This document shows positions 48,380-61,996 of a DNA stretch of 64,000 bases, piece by piece; within the stretch, counting starts at the first letter, position 1, and the number at the start of each line of letters is the position of its first letter. The stretch comes from Antedon mediterranea (Eukaryota > Animalia > Echinodermata): assembly GCF_964355755.1 (NCBI RefSeq), contig NC_092672.1:18675237-18739236 (forward strand), written 5' to 3'. The position numbers and the translations under genes are program-made. The notes under the pieces were generated by a model. That model saw only the letters and a list, made by a program, of their open reading frames with translations. It did not search any database and was not told the origin of the DNA.

Positions 48380-50640
48380 TAAATTCGCTATCCGGGGCGA
48401 ACTTGCCCAAAATCGGGGTCAAAGGTTAAAAATGTGTGGTACTTATATCTCGACAACCACTTGTCGTACAGATTTGCCTTTGGTTTCAAATTTTTCAGAA
48501 TATATATATTTATATTCGGTCTAACACAAAGTTTATCGAAAAATATGACCGGAAATGCTTTTACTGACCTTTGACCAAAAAATGGATAAAAAACACATTT
48601 TTGGGTTAAATTATTCTTTAAAATGTCAATGGACAAACTGTATAATATCAAATGAAACATATACATTATGCTACCCACTGCTACCCAACTTGTATTGAAC
48701 ATTTTTAGTTATGTTGGGTAGCATATTGTATATGCTAATTATTTTTATTAATTTTAGAAAAAAATTAGTATAAATTAGTCTAAATTAGTCTAAATAATTC
48801 TAGCGTTGTAATGAAATATTTTGTATAAAATATAAAATCCCATAAAATATGCTATCCATTGCTACCCAACATAATATGCTATCCATTGCTACCCAACATG
48901 TATTGAAAATCTTTAATTATGACGCTAACTTTATTTTTTGAAAATTGCAAAAATTGAGTAAACAGTAAACATCTATTTTGGTTTGTTTGTTTTGTTTGTG
49001 TTATCTTTATACTGGGTGACCTCTTCAGTCAAAGACTGATCTCCCAGAGGGCCCAGTTGGTGATCAGTGGCTGTGATGTACTAATACACCGGGGTAACCC
49101 CCTACTCGTCTCGAAAGATGTACTAGGTTCTTTAAAGTGCACACGAGCAAGTTGTGTACACTGGACCTACGGTTTATAGTCCTTATCCGAGAAGACTCGT
49201 TCTACCACCAGAACCATGGAGTGAGTGAGCCTCGAACTCGAACCCCTGTCGATGTTATGGCTACGTGATTACGGTTCCACTGTCTTAACCGCTCGGCCAC
49301 TCACTCACTCACTTGATTTATTTTATATAATTTATAGAGTTTTTTATGCATAGATTCATTTTCAATACATATTATAATCTGTATGTACTAGGTAGCATGT
49401 TTTATGGGTTTCATTTGATACCAAATAGTTAATTAAAACACTAGAATTAAATGTATAATAAACCAAAATATATACACTAACTGTATACCGTACTCATTTT
49501 TTGTCAATTTTAGTTGACAAAATATGCACATTTTCGGAATTATTATATACTTGATAATTAAAGGCTTTTAATACAAGAAATTGGATAGCATGTTTGATTG
49601 GCTTTTATTTGATGTCACATAGTTTATTAAAGCTAAACAAATATTGATTTATTATACAAAATAAACCAAAATATATGTACACTAAATTAATAAAATATGC
49701 ACATTTATTTTTTAAAATAGCATCATAATTAGATTTTTGATACAAGTTGGGTAGCAATGGATATAATATTTTATGGGCTTTTATTTTATACTAAATAGAT
49801 CTTCCAAACGCACAACAAATTATTTAATCATTATAATTAACCGAAATAAATGTACAGTATTTAATATTAATTATAGAATTCCTGGCGCTCTTTATCCATT
49901 ATTTTCAACATATCGATTTTAAAAAAACTAAAAATAATAGATACCAATATTTATGTTTCACATAACAAGCAATAACATGAGAAACATGAGTCTTGCCTGA
50001 TTATGAGTAATCATCTTATTATTTATTTATTGTGAAAATTGTTAATACATTCTGTCAGAGAATAAACACTCCTGATACTAAGTTCAGTTTTTTGCTATGA
50101 ACCTTGTCTTGTTAAAAAAAAATTATCTATCTATTTATTTTTTTTAAAGCAGGATATGTCATGAGTCGAACGGGACAACGGGACACAACATAATAAAGCG
50201 GGACAATTCCGCCAAAAGCGGCGGGACAGTTGCAATCTATGTCTGTGGTCGGTATCCTTTATACGATCAGCTGTTTGGTGGTTCATGTATTGGTGGTAGG
50301 CCTACATTTTCATCATCAGCATCAAATTCATAAGTTATTACATTTTTCTAAAAAATGAATAAAATATGCACATTTAAAAAAAAAGTAGCATCATAATTAC
50401 AGTTTTTTAATATAAGTTGGGTAGCAATGGATAGAATATTTTATAGGCTTCATTTGATACCAAATAGTTTTTCCAAACACTTAAATTATGTAATATTATA
50501 TAAATAAACACAACAATTACGCTACCAAATATTCTTTTTTTGTATAAAAATAACCAAATTATGTACATTTTCCAAAAAATTAGCTTATACATAATTAAAA
50601 ATGTTTGGTAACAGTAGGTATCGACAGGGCTTCGAATTTA
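48380..50640. mobile_element. Degenerate foldback-like element with GCTACCCAAC / GTTGGGTAGC subrepeats in both orientations, interrupted by a SINE
   Basis: tgctacccaac blocks at ~48680, ~48860, ~48888; inverted gttgggtagcaatggata at ~49746 and ~50416; boundaries uncertain. Confidence 0.45.
48980..49312 (-). mobile_element. tRNA-derived SINE with a Deu/Nin-like central domain
   Basis: Minus strand: A-box TGGCCGAGCGG, B-box GGTTCGAG, core GGATAAGGACTATAAACCG..GGTCC...TTAAAGAACC...GAGTAGGGGGTTACCCCGGTGT resembling the DeuSINE domain; (AAAC)n tail. Confidence 0.75.
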
Positions 50641-53600
50641 ACGCAAATTATTCTTATATTAAATATAATGTAGTTGTTATGATTTTCTACTTTCTGTCTT
50701 TTTCCCTCTCTTCGCTTTCATTTCATTCTCTTTTTCTTCTCTTTCCACTTTGCCCTTTATATGGAATCGTAATTAATTCCCCCTTGCAGATGATTTCTGT
50801 CCTTGAAATCCATTAAAATCTCTTTATGTTATTGTAAAGAAAGAGCAAATGTTTTAATATCTAATTTTTCTTTATTATAAAGAATGTTGCTGGTACACCA
50901 ACGTGAGCAATTTAGGACTAAATGAAAATAATAAAACGTAATTTACACTTGACAATGTGGTTTTCCGGATCTTATTCTAGGGCTTCACTAGCTTTTTAAC
51001 GTAGCAAGTCAAAGCGCAGTCAGTAAGAACGATGTAGGCCTACATGTTCAGAAACTTGGGTCTAGCTTACTATCAATTACGAGATGTATACAGTATCTGT
51101 TCAGAAACTTGGGTCTAGCAATTACGAGATGTATACACTCTCTATTGCCCCTTTTTCATGAGCTAAAGTACATTATTGTTTATATGCCGGAAGGTTATTT
51201 TTTATTATCATGTTTTATGGTGTAATGAGAGCTGGTGATAGAAGTAATGATCACGTCAATCAAGTTTATCACTATACCAGTCAATGTGACATATTGCAAA
51301 ATAGTACTTTAATTAGGTTTGAAAAGGTACATATAAAAGTCACAAGAATAATTTTGTTTAAAAATTATAATTAATATATTTTAGTTTTTATAAAAATCAT
51401 TATTAATATAATTGTAATTGTGTGAATTTGTATAGTATATAGAGGAAGAGAAACAAACCATCTGGAATGGAGGTTGCTCTACAAGATATTGCATTCAGTA
51501 TAGCCCGCAATAATTCACAAACGCATACCTTGTGTTATACAAGATCAATAAACAACCGGCGTTGGTTTGCTAATAGGCTCATATTAAGTAGGGTCTATGG
51601 ATAACAGATCGTTGTTAGATATATGCCTCATATTATTATTATTATTAGATTTCAGATTTAATATTATTACAATTATCAGGGATAAACATGTTAGCTCTGC
51701 TTATTATTTAACCATCTACCTGTATTATGACGTATAATACAAATTCCCTGTTCAAAATAATCTTCTAGTTGTGTAGGTTGTCTAATTACATCAAACCGTA
51801 TTATTTTTCTTCAATCCAAATATCAATCAATCAAGCAATCTACAAAGCAAGATTTTACTACAATGAATGACGGGATTTTGTGTCATCATCATTGTATATC
51901 ATTATTCTACTATATCTCATCATATAATAGTTATTCTTCACATCTTTCTATTTTAGTAATGATTAGTATTAACACTAATATTATTCATAATAAAATTATG
52001 TATTGTTCATTCACATTAGTATTCGTTTCCTTTTTGATTTAGCCTATACACAATTTTATAGATTGTACTCAATACGATTCTGTAGGCATATAATATAATT
52101 ATGATAATAAAACGGAATATGAACCAGCAAGAGACACCGTCTCAATCTCATTGATGTGAAACAAAGAGGACATGCATGGATGGCTTTGCCCGAGTGAACG
52201 TGAATAGCAATCATATTTTATCCATGATTAAAGGTTATCATTTTGCGGTGCGCAAGTAATATTGACTAAACTAAAAGCTTGGTCAAATTACTGGCGTGGG
52301 TGCCTAACCGTACCATATCTTGCTTTGAAGTTGATAATATAATAATAGATAGATTTATATAGCGCAAATAAACTATGTCTCTATGCGCTGGATAATAAAA
52401 AGAAAGAGTGGAAAACAAAAGGAAGAGAACAAAAAGACAAACACACCAAGCTAACACCCAAACCAGAGTATGGGGATACACAACTCACCGCTAACTGGGG
52501 ATCAGTGTGAAGTACCCCAGTTAGCATCGGTTAAGTCTTGATCTTTTTAGAGATCCTCCGGTGCCTCCTAGCCTAGTCAGAAAACAGGCAACAAACACTT
52601 CATTAATGTTTACTTCATATCCCACTCTTATTATATAAAAATTTTTTTATATTGTAACAGAATCATTATTTCCTGTTGGCATATATGCTTACACATTGAG
52701 GTCAGTAGCCAGCATCATGAGGTATTCGTAGTGTGCCTTTATAAGATGATGTCACATAGAAAACATTTCCAGGACAAAATACCGGGGATAGAACCCTGTC
52801 TCCAATAAGACAACGATTTTTGTTTTAAAGTAGCTTAAACTGGTATACAGAACTAATGTGTAGGAATTAGAGCTGATTGCCAAACACACCATCAACCAAA
52901 GTTGATAAGTGTTTATATTAGAGTTTAAATAATATAAAATCTATATTTAATTGATCCTCAATTGCCTTTTCACGGCCAAAGATTGTTTGATGATTATATT
53001 CGATGTGTAAATAAAAGACATGTGTGTACTTACTGTAAATCTACTTTTTTTAATTCTTTTCATAGATTAGATTAGAACACGGATATAATTATTTTTTGTA
53101 GATAATATGGATGAAATTATACATTATTAATTACTATTGCTGGTTTAATTACTACTATTAGATATATGCATTTGCCAACCATATACAGTGCTCAAGTGGT
53201 GGTTCGTTTATGAACCAGTTGTGTGGGTCGGTGTGTGTCGACGTGTTTCAATTGTAGCCCTTTGTCGGTGACACAGCGTATTGAAAGCACATCGTTAAGA
53301 TTCGTATGAAAATACATTGCAAAAGACCAATGTATCTTAGGATTAGGTAATAGAAACCATTAAATAAAGTACAACTTTCCATAGTTTTATTATTGTCGGC
53401 AATCTGGGGCTTTACGTGTGCCGACTAGGCTATACACCCATTTACATAGCCAGTCGGGACGGGGTCGGCAAATTGGGATTTGGCAAACTGGAGTCGGCGA
53501 ACTTTATGTCGACAAATTGGGTTTGATAAAATTGAGTGAGTGAGTGTGAGTATTATTAATATGTTACTATTGATTAATTATTTGATATTATTTTTATCAG

Positions 53601-56423
53601 ATAGTAGGCCTATATTTGTATTTGTTTTATATTAAGGGATTATATTTTTACCTTTATCATAACAATTAGTTATGTTAATTATTATTTTAAAAATCATTAT
53701 TGTTAGGACTAAAATACTTAATAACTAGTAAGTCCGATTTCAATATTGCACAGTAAACAAATCTGACTAGTCGTAGCTCATTATAATATTCCGTGTCAGT
53801 ACGCGTGTCTCATTATAATAAGAGACACTTTGTAATTCTGCATTTGTTGGCCTTTTATCTACAATGAATTGATTTGATTTTAATTAAATTTGATTAATTA
53901 TCAACCAATTTATTATACAAACGAATATCTATAGACAATATGTGAACATTTTCAAACAACTTTATTTATTCAATACTATTACAAAAAAATATAAAATGTT
54001 AAAACTAAACAATTCCTAAATTAAAATGTAGTGCTTCAATAAGAAATGTTAACGATTTTAGATAATTTAGTGCAATATCCGTGATACAGCGGAACATCGA
54101 TACACAACAGTATCACATCATGTGCGACGGTATTTAGAATTGTTCTATTTGAGAGTGGGTAAATATGTAATGAACAAGATAGTTTGAATCTACTTTACAA
54201 CTTACTATGACAATTACTTGTACATAGCTACAGTAGTATTAACATTAGTACCTTATTTAGCAATTGCATTATATATACACAACGTAATGATTATAACCCA
54301 AAAGTTCTAATTCTAAAATATTAATATGTCCAGTGCACCAAATGTATTACAAAACCTATTACTTATATGTAATAGTCTAATTACGTAAATAATTAAAAAT
54401 TAATAGGATTACCATTTAACATTACATATAATACACAATTTATAAATATTCACGATCATCATTGTAATTCTCTGCACAGGTTTGCAATAATGGCAACAGC
54501 ATCGCGTTCAAAAAAAAGAATATATACGGTCACATGCTATATTGAATTTAAAATTAATTTACCCAAATAACTATCTTGATCATATTAGAACTTCATAATT
54601 ACAATATTATCTATTTTTTATAGTAATTTTAAAACTTAGATATGCCTACCAACGATGAAATTGTCAACGTGTTTAATACTCAAATAACTATAAGTATACA
54701 GCACATTTATATAACATTATATTATATCTATAGCAAGCTTATAATATTCATATGACCTACAACTACAACTTACATCAATGTTTGGTTTTATTGTTGGTCA
54801 TTTATCGACTGGCTTCTAACAATATCAATAATATTAATAATAAAGTGATGTCGGATATTACGCTGTGTGTAGAAGACAAAGAACTTACGAACAAAGGATC
54901 TCTTTCTTTTAGTAGTATTGTAGTATTTATTTTAATTAGCTCTAAGCATTGAGCTAATTAACATAAATACTACATTATTGGCATAATGTGAGTAACTTGC
55001 ATTATGCCTATAATACTCTCATTCTTTAAACTGAAATTATTATACTGTAGCTATTTTATTTATAATAAGAAAAACCCTCTTAACTACGACTATAAAAATG
55101 TATATATATAATTTATATATATATATATGTAAATGAATATGAATGTTAATGATAAATGAACCATAATACTAATTATTGTATTAACATATTTAAACATATT
55201 TTTTTCTAAGAATAACATTATTTATACTGAATATATCTATGTATTGAATATGTTTTGGCACATATTATTAGCGAAATATATAAATTAATTAATAAAAAAT
55301 AAACAGGTAGAGAGCAATGCCCTATCTCACTTGAAATAACTAATTTAATTCTTTATGTACAGATATTTTTTACTAGAGTTGCTTATACATATTTGTTACA
55401 GTACATCACTAGTTAAATCCTTGTAGAGCTAAGCAAATAAAACACAACATTTACATAACCTATAATTATGATAATGTTTTGGGCACCGTGCGCTTTGTCA
55501 TTGATTATGCTAATGTATGCATTTGTATTTAAACGCCAACAAGGAATATTCATTTTACCGACTTACGACTTATACCTTTGGTTAAAACCGTCCCCAGTGA
55601 GTCATAACATAATAATTACGTTGTAGGCTTGTAAGTTATTTCAGCTGTGGTCTAAAACATGCTAATATTCGATGGCTTCTTTGTACACAGAATACAAAAT
55701 GGCTGAGTACACTTGCAATTACGTAATTGTCTGCTGTCTGTAATAAACAAAAACATGAAATACATTATTATGCTATGGCATGCTAATAATAATAATGGCA
55801 ATACTTTGATAATGATAATGATGATGGCAGGTGGGTGCTGGTTAATGATAATGTTCATAATCATACAACTATAAATATTAGAAATGAAAATAATAGTACA
55901 AAGATAAAATGTGTTAAGAACGTGATAAAGATCCGTCTTGTAGTTGACCATAGAGTAATAGTTATTACTCTATGGGTTGACGTACAACCTAAAATTAGAA
56001 AAATAATAAAAATGTGTCCAGAATTAGGATCCTGGATTGTCAGTCCTTGAATAGGCAAATTTTCACTTATAAAAAGAAAAAATAAATAAAATCAACCTAA
56101 AACACGTTGACTAGCATCGGTAAAATTTTCAGGTAAATAATATATTTTCTTTGATCCAATTTTTTGCCAATGTGAATAACTATTCTTTGACATAAAATGG
56201 ACTATTCAACCAAAAAATTAAAAGAAATGTTTTTTCAGGGGTACAATTTATCTTTAAATTTGACAAATATCCGACTTTTAGTTTTGAGGTTATTATTCTA
56301 ACAGAAAACATACACAAATATCTCAAATGAAACTGTAATAGTATTACTTTTTAATTGTCAATTCATGTTTTTAGAATCATAATTCAGTACCATAAAAAAA
56401 CGAAGGCTTTCATTTTGAAAGAA

Positions 56424-56530
56424 ATTTCATTCCTCGATTGATCGAGTATCAGATATAAACCAGGTTAGTGACATTTCATTCCTCGATTGATCGAGTATCA
56501 GATATAAACCAGGTTAGTGACATTTCATTC
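56424..56530. repeat. 49-bp tandem duplication
   Basis: atttcattcctcgattgatcgagtatcagatataaaccaggttagtgac occurs twice. Confidence 0.9.
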
Positions 56531-57490
56531 TTTTTTGTTGGTTTTGTTTGATTATCGTTATTCATAATTATGATTATTTATATGAACATCATAAATTGAA
56601 AAAGAGTAAATGTGTGGGTGGTGGGCAAACCTCAAGGCATCTCCACTAAGGAAAAGATAAATAAAAATAATATTAATACTGTTCTAAAAACGTAATATAC
56701 CCAAATCTGCTCATCGTGCCTGTCAATAACACAACTCCTAAACTAGGCATTTAACCAAGTGTTTTCAGTACATTACCACAATGTCTAACCTTTATACTGG
56801 TCAGGAAAACTGTACTAAATGTACTGAATATGTATACATAAACTTTAGTGTAGTTTCGTGAGAGATTCTAATAAATCGATTCCCAGTTTACGTTAGAATG
56901 ATATAGTGGTACAGTGGACATGACATTCTAACGATTCTTGCAGTTGTAAATTAAAAAATTAATACTGTACTTTGACTTAGAATAGGCCCTTTCTTGGTTT
57001 TTCACTTCCGTAGAAAAAAAGGAACAACATAATTTCACAAAATAACCAATTAAATTAAACTCCCATTGTTTAAAAGACAATGTCTGTAAAATACAGTTTT
57101 GTTGGGTAAATAATTTATTTTCGATCACATATTTGGTCAAAGTGAGTACCTATTATATATCTTTAATCGATTATGATAAATAGCTGAAAAGTATGATATG
57201 ATTGATTAACGATTATAAGAAATTAACAATAGTTAGAATGTAAGAAATATATATTTGCTGGTTGTTTCTTTATTCAATGTCCCTATTAAGACCATAATGT
57301 CTCTAGTGACGTCACGACGTAGGTAAATACTGTATGGCAAACATGAATCTCACAGAGCACTTTGAAATAATCTCTTGTTTCATTGTACATAGTAGATCGA
57401 TGTAGGTTAGTAGTTTAATTTTACATCTTTGGAAAAACAGAACCGTAATGTATATTAAGTACTATAGTCCACAGACAACAACTTACTTTA

Positions 57491-58879
57491 CTAAAGTGTG
57501 TTTTGATTGTTTCTGTCTCCAATGTACGTATATCCTTGTACATCAAGATCTTCAGGAACTTGAGAAGCAAATGAATGTCTCCAGTGACCATAATGTCCAG
57601 TACTTGGTAATCGAGGTAAAGATCGATCATAAAGACCACTATTTGAAACTCGATCTCTGGTATCATAGTACACAGTAGGTTGATATATCTCTCTACCAGA
57701 TGAATCAGTAGCAGTCCTTGTCTTACAGAAGCATTGATAATAAACAGGAATGATGACAACAACTACAACAATAATGACGACTAATATGATAATAATGATC
57801 ACAACATACAAAGAGATTTCCCTTTTGTCTCCTAAATCATCTGATAAAAGCATTTTATTTTCATCTTCATAGTCTGATTCGGAATTTCCACCCGTATTGC
57901 CATGATGTACATTACTATTCCGTTTCTCTTCACTAATGTATAATACAACTGTATGTGACGTTTCACCTACCACATTTTTACCTGTACATGTTATCTTAGT
58001 TCCATTGTGCTTGCGTGTGGGTTGCAAAAGACGGAATACTTGTCCATCATTTTCATATTCATTGACATCTAGCATTGGCAGAGAAATCCATTCATATTGT
58101 TTCACCGGTGGGTTTGCAAATGATTGACAAAATAGTATAGCATCAGATCCTGTATATATAACATCAGTATGTTGAATTTTTATGACTGGTTTGTAATAAA
58201 TATTTAAATTGTCGACTACACAGAAAGCAACATATGGCTGTTGTTTTACATGCGAAGATTGTTTACAAGTAAATGCATATTTTTTTTCAGCTTTTTTAGC
58301 ATTAAATGTCAAATTTGTATAAAAAAATTTTCCCCACACGTTACTTCGTACACCACTTGTAATTATCGTACCATTTTCATGTATCCAATTAAGTTCAACT
58401 GGTGGTTTGATAAGTTCACTTACGCATGATAATGTTATAGTAGATCCAACAATAAAACTGTCTCCAGAACCAATACACTGTGGGTAATCAGAAGATGGTA
58501 TTTGAAGTACCGTAAGATGCGCCGTGCCAGATCTTATGTTTTCATCTTCTTGTAGTCTACAGTGATAATCGTCTTCGTCTGTTAATGTAACATCTGATAT
58601 CACCAATGAATACATACGCATTTCACCAGAAGGAACTTTCAAGGAAGACATGGACATTCGGGCATTTTCATCCTTTATATTTTCATTTAGATCTGCTAAC
58701 TTACTACGTCCTTTCCACCAAGAAACGGCATTAACTACATCTTCAGAAATAAAACAAGAAAGAACTGCTTGTTTTCCTTCTATTACAGATACATCTTCAA
58801 GTTTTCCAACAAAACTAACACAACTAACGCCTAAAATGTGTGTCCACAGAAACAGTATAGTTACAATAATGTTTCCCAT
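57491..58879 (-). CDS. IgSF receptor B1 (SP-V-Ig-Ig-TM-tail), intronless CDS
   Basis: V-set LSC..WWK..DEDDYHC; TM LYVVIIIIILVVIIVVVVVIIPVYY; tail homologous to cluster A; 462 aa. Confidence 0.92.
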   Translation of the reverse strand: MGNIIVTILFLWTHILGVSCVSFVGKLEDVSVIEGKQAVLSCFISEDVVNAVSWWKGRSKLADLNENIKDENARMSMSSLKVPSGEMRMYSLVISDVTLTDEDDYHCRLQEDENIRSGTAHLTVLQIPSSDYPQCIGSGDSFIVGSTITLSCVSELIKPPVELNWIHENGTIITSGVRSNVWGKFFYTNLTFNAKKAEKKYAFTCKQSSHVKQQPYVAFCVVDNLNIYYKPVIKIQHTDVIYTGSDAILFCQSFANPPVKQYEWISLPMLDVNEYENDGQVFRLLQPTRKHNGTKITCTGKNVVGETSHTVVLYISEEKRNSNVHHGNTGGNSESDYEDENKMLLSDDLGDKREISLYVVIIIIILVVIIVVVVVIIPVYYQCFCKTRTATDSSGREIYQPTVYYDTRDRVSNSGLYDRSLPRLPSTGHYGHWRHSFASQVPEDLDVQGYTYIGDRNNQNTL

Positions 58880-59686
58880 TACATGTTCTATACAATATAT
58901 TTTCCGTTATGTTTCTTTCCTTGTTATTCAAAAAGTCAATCACCATTGTTTGTACCTTATAAATATTATTGTTTGACTGTTTCTAGTGAATTATAAGAAG
59001 TATAATATCTGTTTGTCAGGCAGAAAAGGTGCGTGCATATCGTTTGATAAAGCATGCTCATTAAAAAAAATAGTTTCTGGTATCTAAAAAATAACTAATG
59101 TGAATGCATATTGATTATAAAGTTACAACATTATACCTTTATCAAATTGGATTTTGTTTTCAATAATCTACAAAATAAACAATTAAAGTCGTTATAGATG
59201 ATATAATAATAGTGTATACGAACCATATTTGACGTCGAATGAAGGTAAAGAAGTTCGTATGATCACATTAAACTAGCAATCTAGGAATGTTGCTGGGCGC
59301 AAGTGCTATGATTGTGAACAACGGTGACTTTATTTTTGGAATAGGCCTTAAGTAGAAATACTTCATACATACATAAAATAATTATGTAAAACTGAATAAA
59401 TACTGTACTCTTAGGCTATTTATGTATTCACTGAAATGTATTCACTGAGCACATCATGATTATATAATTTTTTTTAACGGATGTGGATTTGGAAATAAAA
59501 ATGAAAATATAATAAGAACAATGCATTTTTTATCTTATCCTTTCTGTGATGAACTTCATATTTAACATGCACTCATTATTTCAACAAAGTTGAGAGGACC
59601 AGTGGCTATAAAAATGACCAATATTCTACTTGGTAGAGCTAAAATAAAATAATTATTTTTTTCTGTAACAAGAACAACCTACTATG

Positions 59687-61075
59687 CTAAAGTGTATTCT
59701 GATTGTTCCTATCTTCGATGTATGTATATCCTTGTGCATCAAGATCTTCAGGAACTTGAGAAGCAAAGGAATGTCTCCAGTGACCATAATGTCCAGTACT
59801 TGGTAATCGAGGTAAAGATCGATCATAAAGACCACTATTAGAAACTCGATCTCTGGTATCATAGTACACAGTAGGTTGATATATCTCTCTACCAGATGAA
59901 TCAGTAGCAGTCCTTGTTTTACAGAAGCATTGATAATAAACAGGAATGATGACAACAACTACAACAATAATGACGACTAATATGATAATAATGATCACAA
60001 CATACAAAGAGATTTTCGTTTTGTCTTCTAAATCATCTGATAAAAGCATATTATTTTCATCTTCATAGTCTGATTTGGAATTTTCACCTGTATTGCCATG
60101 ATGTACATTACTATTTTGTTTCCCGTCACTAATGTATAATACAACTGTATGTGACGTTTCACCTACCACATTTTTGCCTGTACATGTTATCTTAGTTCCA
60201 TTGTGCTTGCGTGTGGGTTGCAAAAGACGGAATACTTGTCCATCATTTTCATATTCATTGACATCTAGCATTGGCTGAGAAATCCATTCATATTGTTTCA
60301 CCGGTGGGTTTGAAAATGATTGACAAAATAGTATAGCATCAGATCCTGTATATATAACATCAGTATGTTGAATTTTTATGACTGGTTTATAATAAATATT
60401 TAAATTGTCCACTACACAGAAAGCAACACCTGGCTGTTGTCTTACATGCGAAGATTGTTTACAAGTAAATGTATGTTTGTTGTCAGCTTTTTTAGCATTA
60501 AATGTGAAATTTGTATAAACAAATTTCCCCCACACGTTACTTCGTACATCACTTGTAATTATCGTACCATCATCATTTATCCAATTTAGTTCAACTGGTG
60601 GTTTGATAAACTCACTTACACATGATAATGTTATAGTAGATTCAACTATAAAACTGTCTCCAGAAACAATACACTGTGGGTAATCAGATGATGGTATTTG
60701 AAGTACCGCAAGATGCGCCGTGCCAGATCTTATGTTTTCATCTTCTTGTAGTCTACAGTGATAATCGCCTTCGTCTGTTAATGTAACATCTGATATCATC
60801 AACGAATACATACGCATTTCACTAGCAGGAACCTTCGAGGAAGACATGGACATTCTAGAGTCTTCATCAATTGTATTTACAGTTAGAGCTGCTAACTTAT
60901 CCAGTCCTTTCCACCAAGAAACGACATTAACTACATCTTCAGAAATAAAACAAGAAAGAACTGCTTGTTTTCCTTCTATCGCAGATACATCTTCGGGCTT
61001 TCCAACAAAACTAACACAACTAACGTCTAAAATGTTTGTCCACAGAAACAGTATAGTTACAATAATGGTTCCCAT
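59687..61075 (-). CDS. IgSF receptor B2, a recent duplicate of B1
   Basis: Close to B1 throughout; upstream flank also duplicated (58880-59350 vs 61076-61510). Confidence 0.92.
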   Translation of the reverse strand: MGTIIVTILFLWTNILDVSCVSFVGKPEDVSAIEGKQAVLSCFISEDVVNVVSWWKGLDKLAALTVNTIDEDSRMSMSSSKVPASEMRMYSLMISDVTLTDEGDYHCRLQEDENIRSGTAHLAVLQIPSSDYPQCIVSGDSFIVESTITLSCVSEFIKPPVELNWINDDGTIITSDVRSNVWGKFVYTNFTFNAKKADNKHTFTCKQSSHVRQQPGVAFCVVDNLNIYYKPVIKIQHTDVIYTGSDAILFCQSFSNPPVKQYEWISQPMLDVNEYENDGQVFRLLQPTRKHNGTKITCTGKNVVGETSHTVVLYISDGKQNSNVHHGNTGENSKSDYEDENNMLLSDDLEDKTKISLYVVIIIIILVVIIVVVVVIIPVYYQCFCKTRTATDSSGREIYQPTVYYDTRDRVSNSGLYDRSLPRLPSTGHYGHWRHSFASQVPEDLDAQGYTYIEDRNNQNTL

Positions 61076-61996
61076 TACATGTCCTATACAATAGTTTTTT
61101 CGTTATGTTTCTTTCCTTGTTATCCAAAAAGTAATTCACCATTGTTTGTACCTTATAAATATTATTGTTTGACTGTTTCTAGTGAATTCTGAAAAGTATA
61201 ATATCTGTTTATCAGGCAAAAAGCGCGCATGCCCATCGTTTGCTAAAGCATGCTCAATTTAAAAAATAGTTTCTGGTATCTAAAAAATAACTAATGTGTG
61301 TGAATATTCATTAATAGAATTACAACATTATAACTATAAACAATTAAAGTCGTAGTAGATGATGTAATAATAGTGTATACGAACCATATTAGACGTATAC
61401 GATGAAGGTAAAGAAGTTCGCATGATCACATTGAACTAGCAACATGGGAATGTTGCTGGGCGGAAGTGCTATGACTGTCAACAACGGTGACTTCATTTTT
61501 TGAATAGGCCTTACATACAGCCTCTTACAAACATAAACTTGACAAACGTAAATGCCTGTATTATCATTTCCACCATATAAAATAATGTAAAACTGAATAC
61601 TGTACTCTTAGGTTGTTTTTATATTAACTGAGCACCTTATGATTATATAGTATTTTTTTTAGACATGTGTATTTGGAAATAAAGATAAAATGAATGCATG
61701 TATATATATATATATATAGAAGAAAAATATATATAAAAGAAAAATATTGAAAAAATGACAATGCTGTGGGTATCTCTGTATCTGCCAGAAAAGTTAGCAG
61801 AGCTTTTGGACAACACTGGCCCTTCATCAGTAAAGATACTAGGACAAAGATAAAATTATCCAAAGTATCCTCCAGGATTACAGAGTCAGATAAAGCTATT
61901 TCAATGAAGTTGAGAGGACCAGTGATTATAAAATTACCAGTATTCTACTTGGCAGAGCTAAAATAATTATTTTTTCTGTAACAACAACTTACTATG

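Noticed and set aside
49240-49312. tRNA gene
   Set aside because: No proper cloverleaf; the A/B boxes are the head of a SINE
55652-56058. Hydrophobic short ORFs and a 13-bp-stem palindrome (ccatagagtaata-gt-tattactctatgg)
   Set aside because: AT-rich chance ORFs with no recognisable homology or splice support; the hairpin is isolated
59010-59055. Cluster A bipartite motif upstream of cluster B genes
   Set aside because: Only a loose match (TGTCA-N15-TGCATATCGTTT) with the wrong spacing, and none evident before B3
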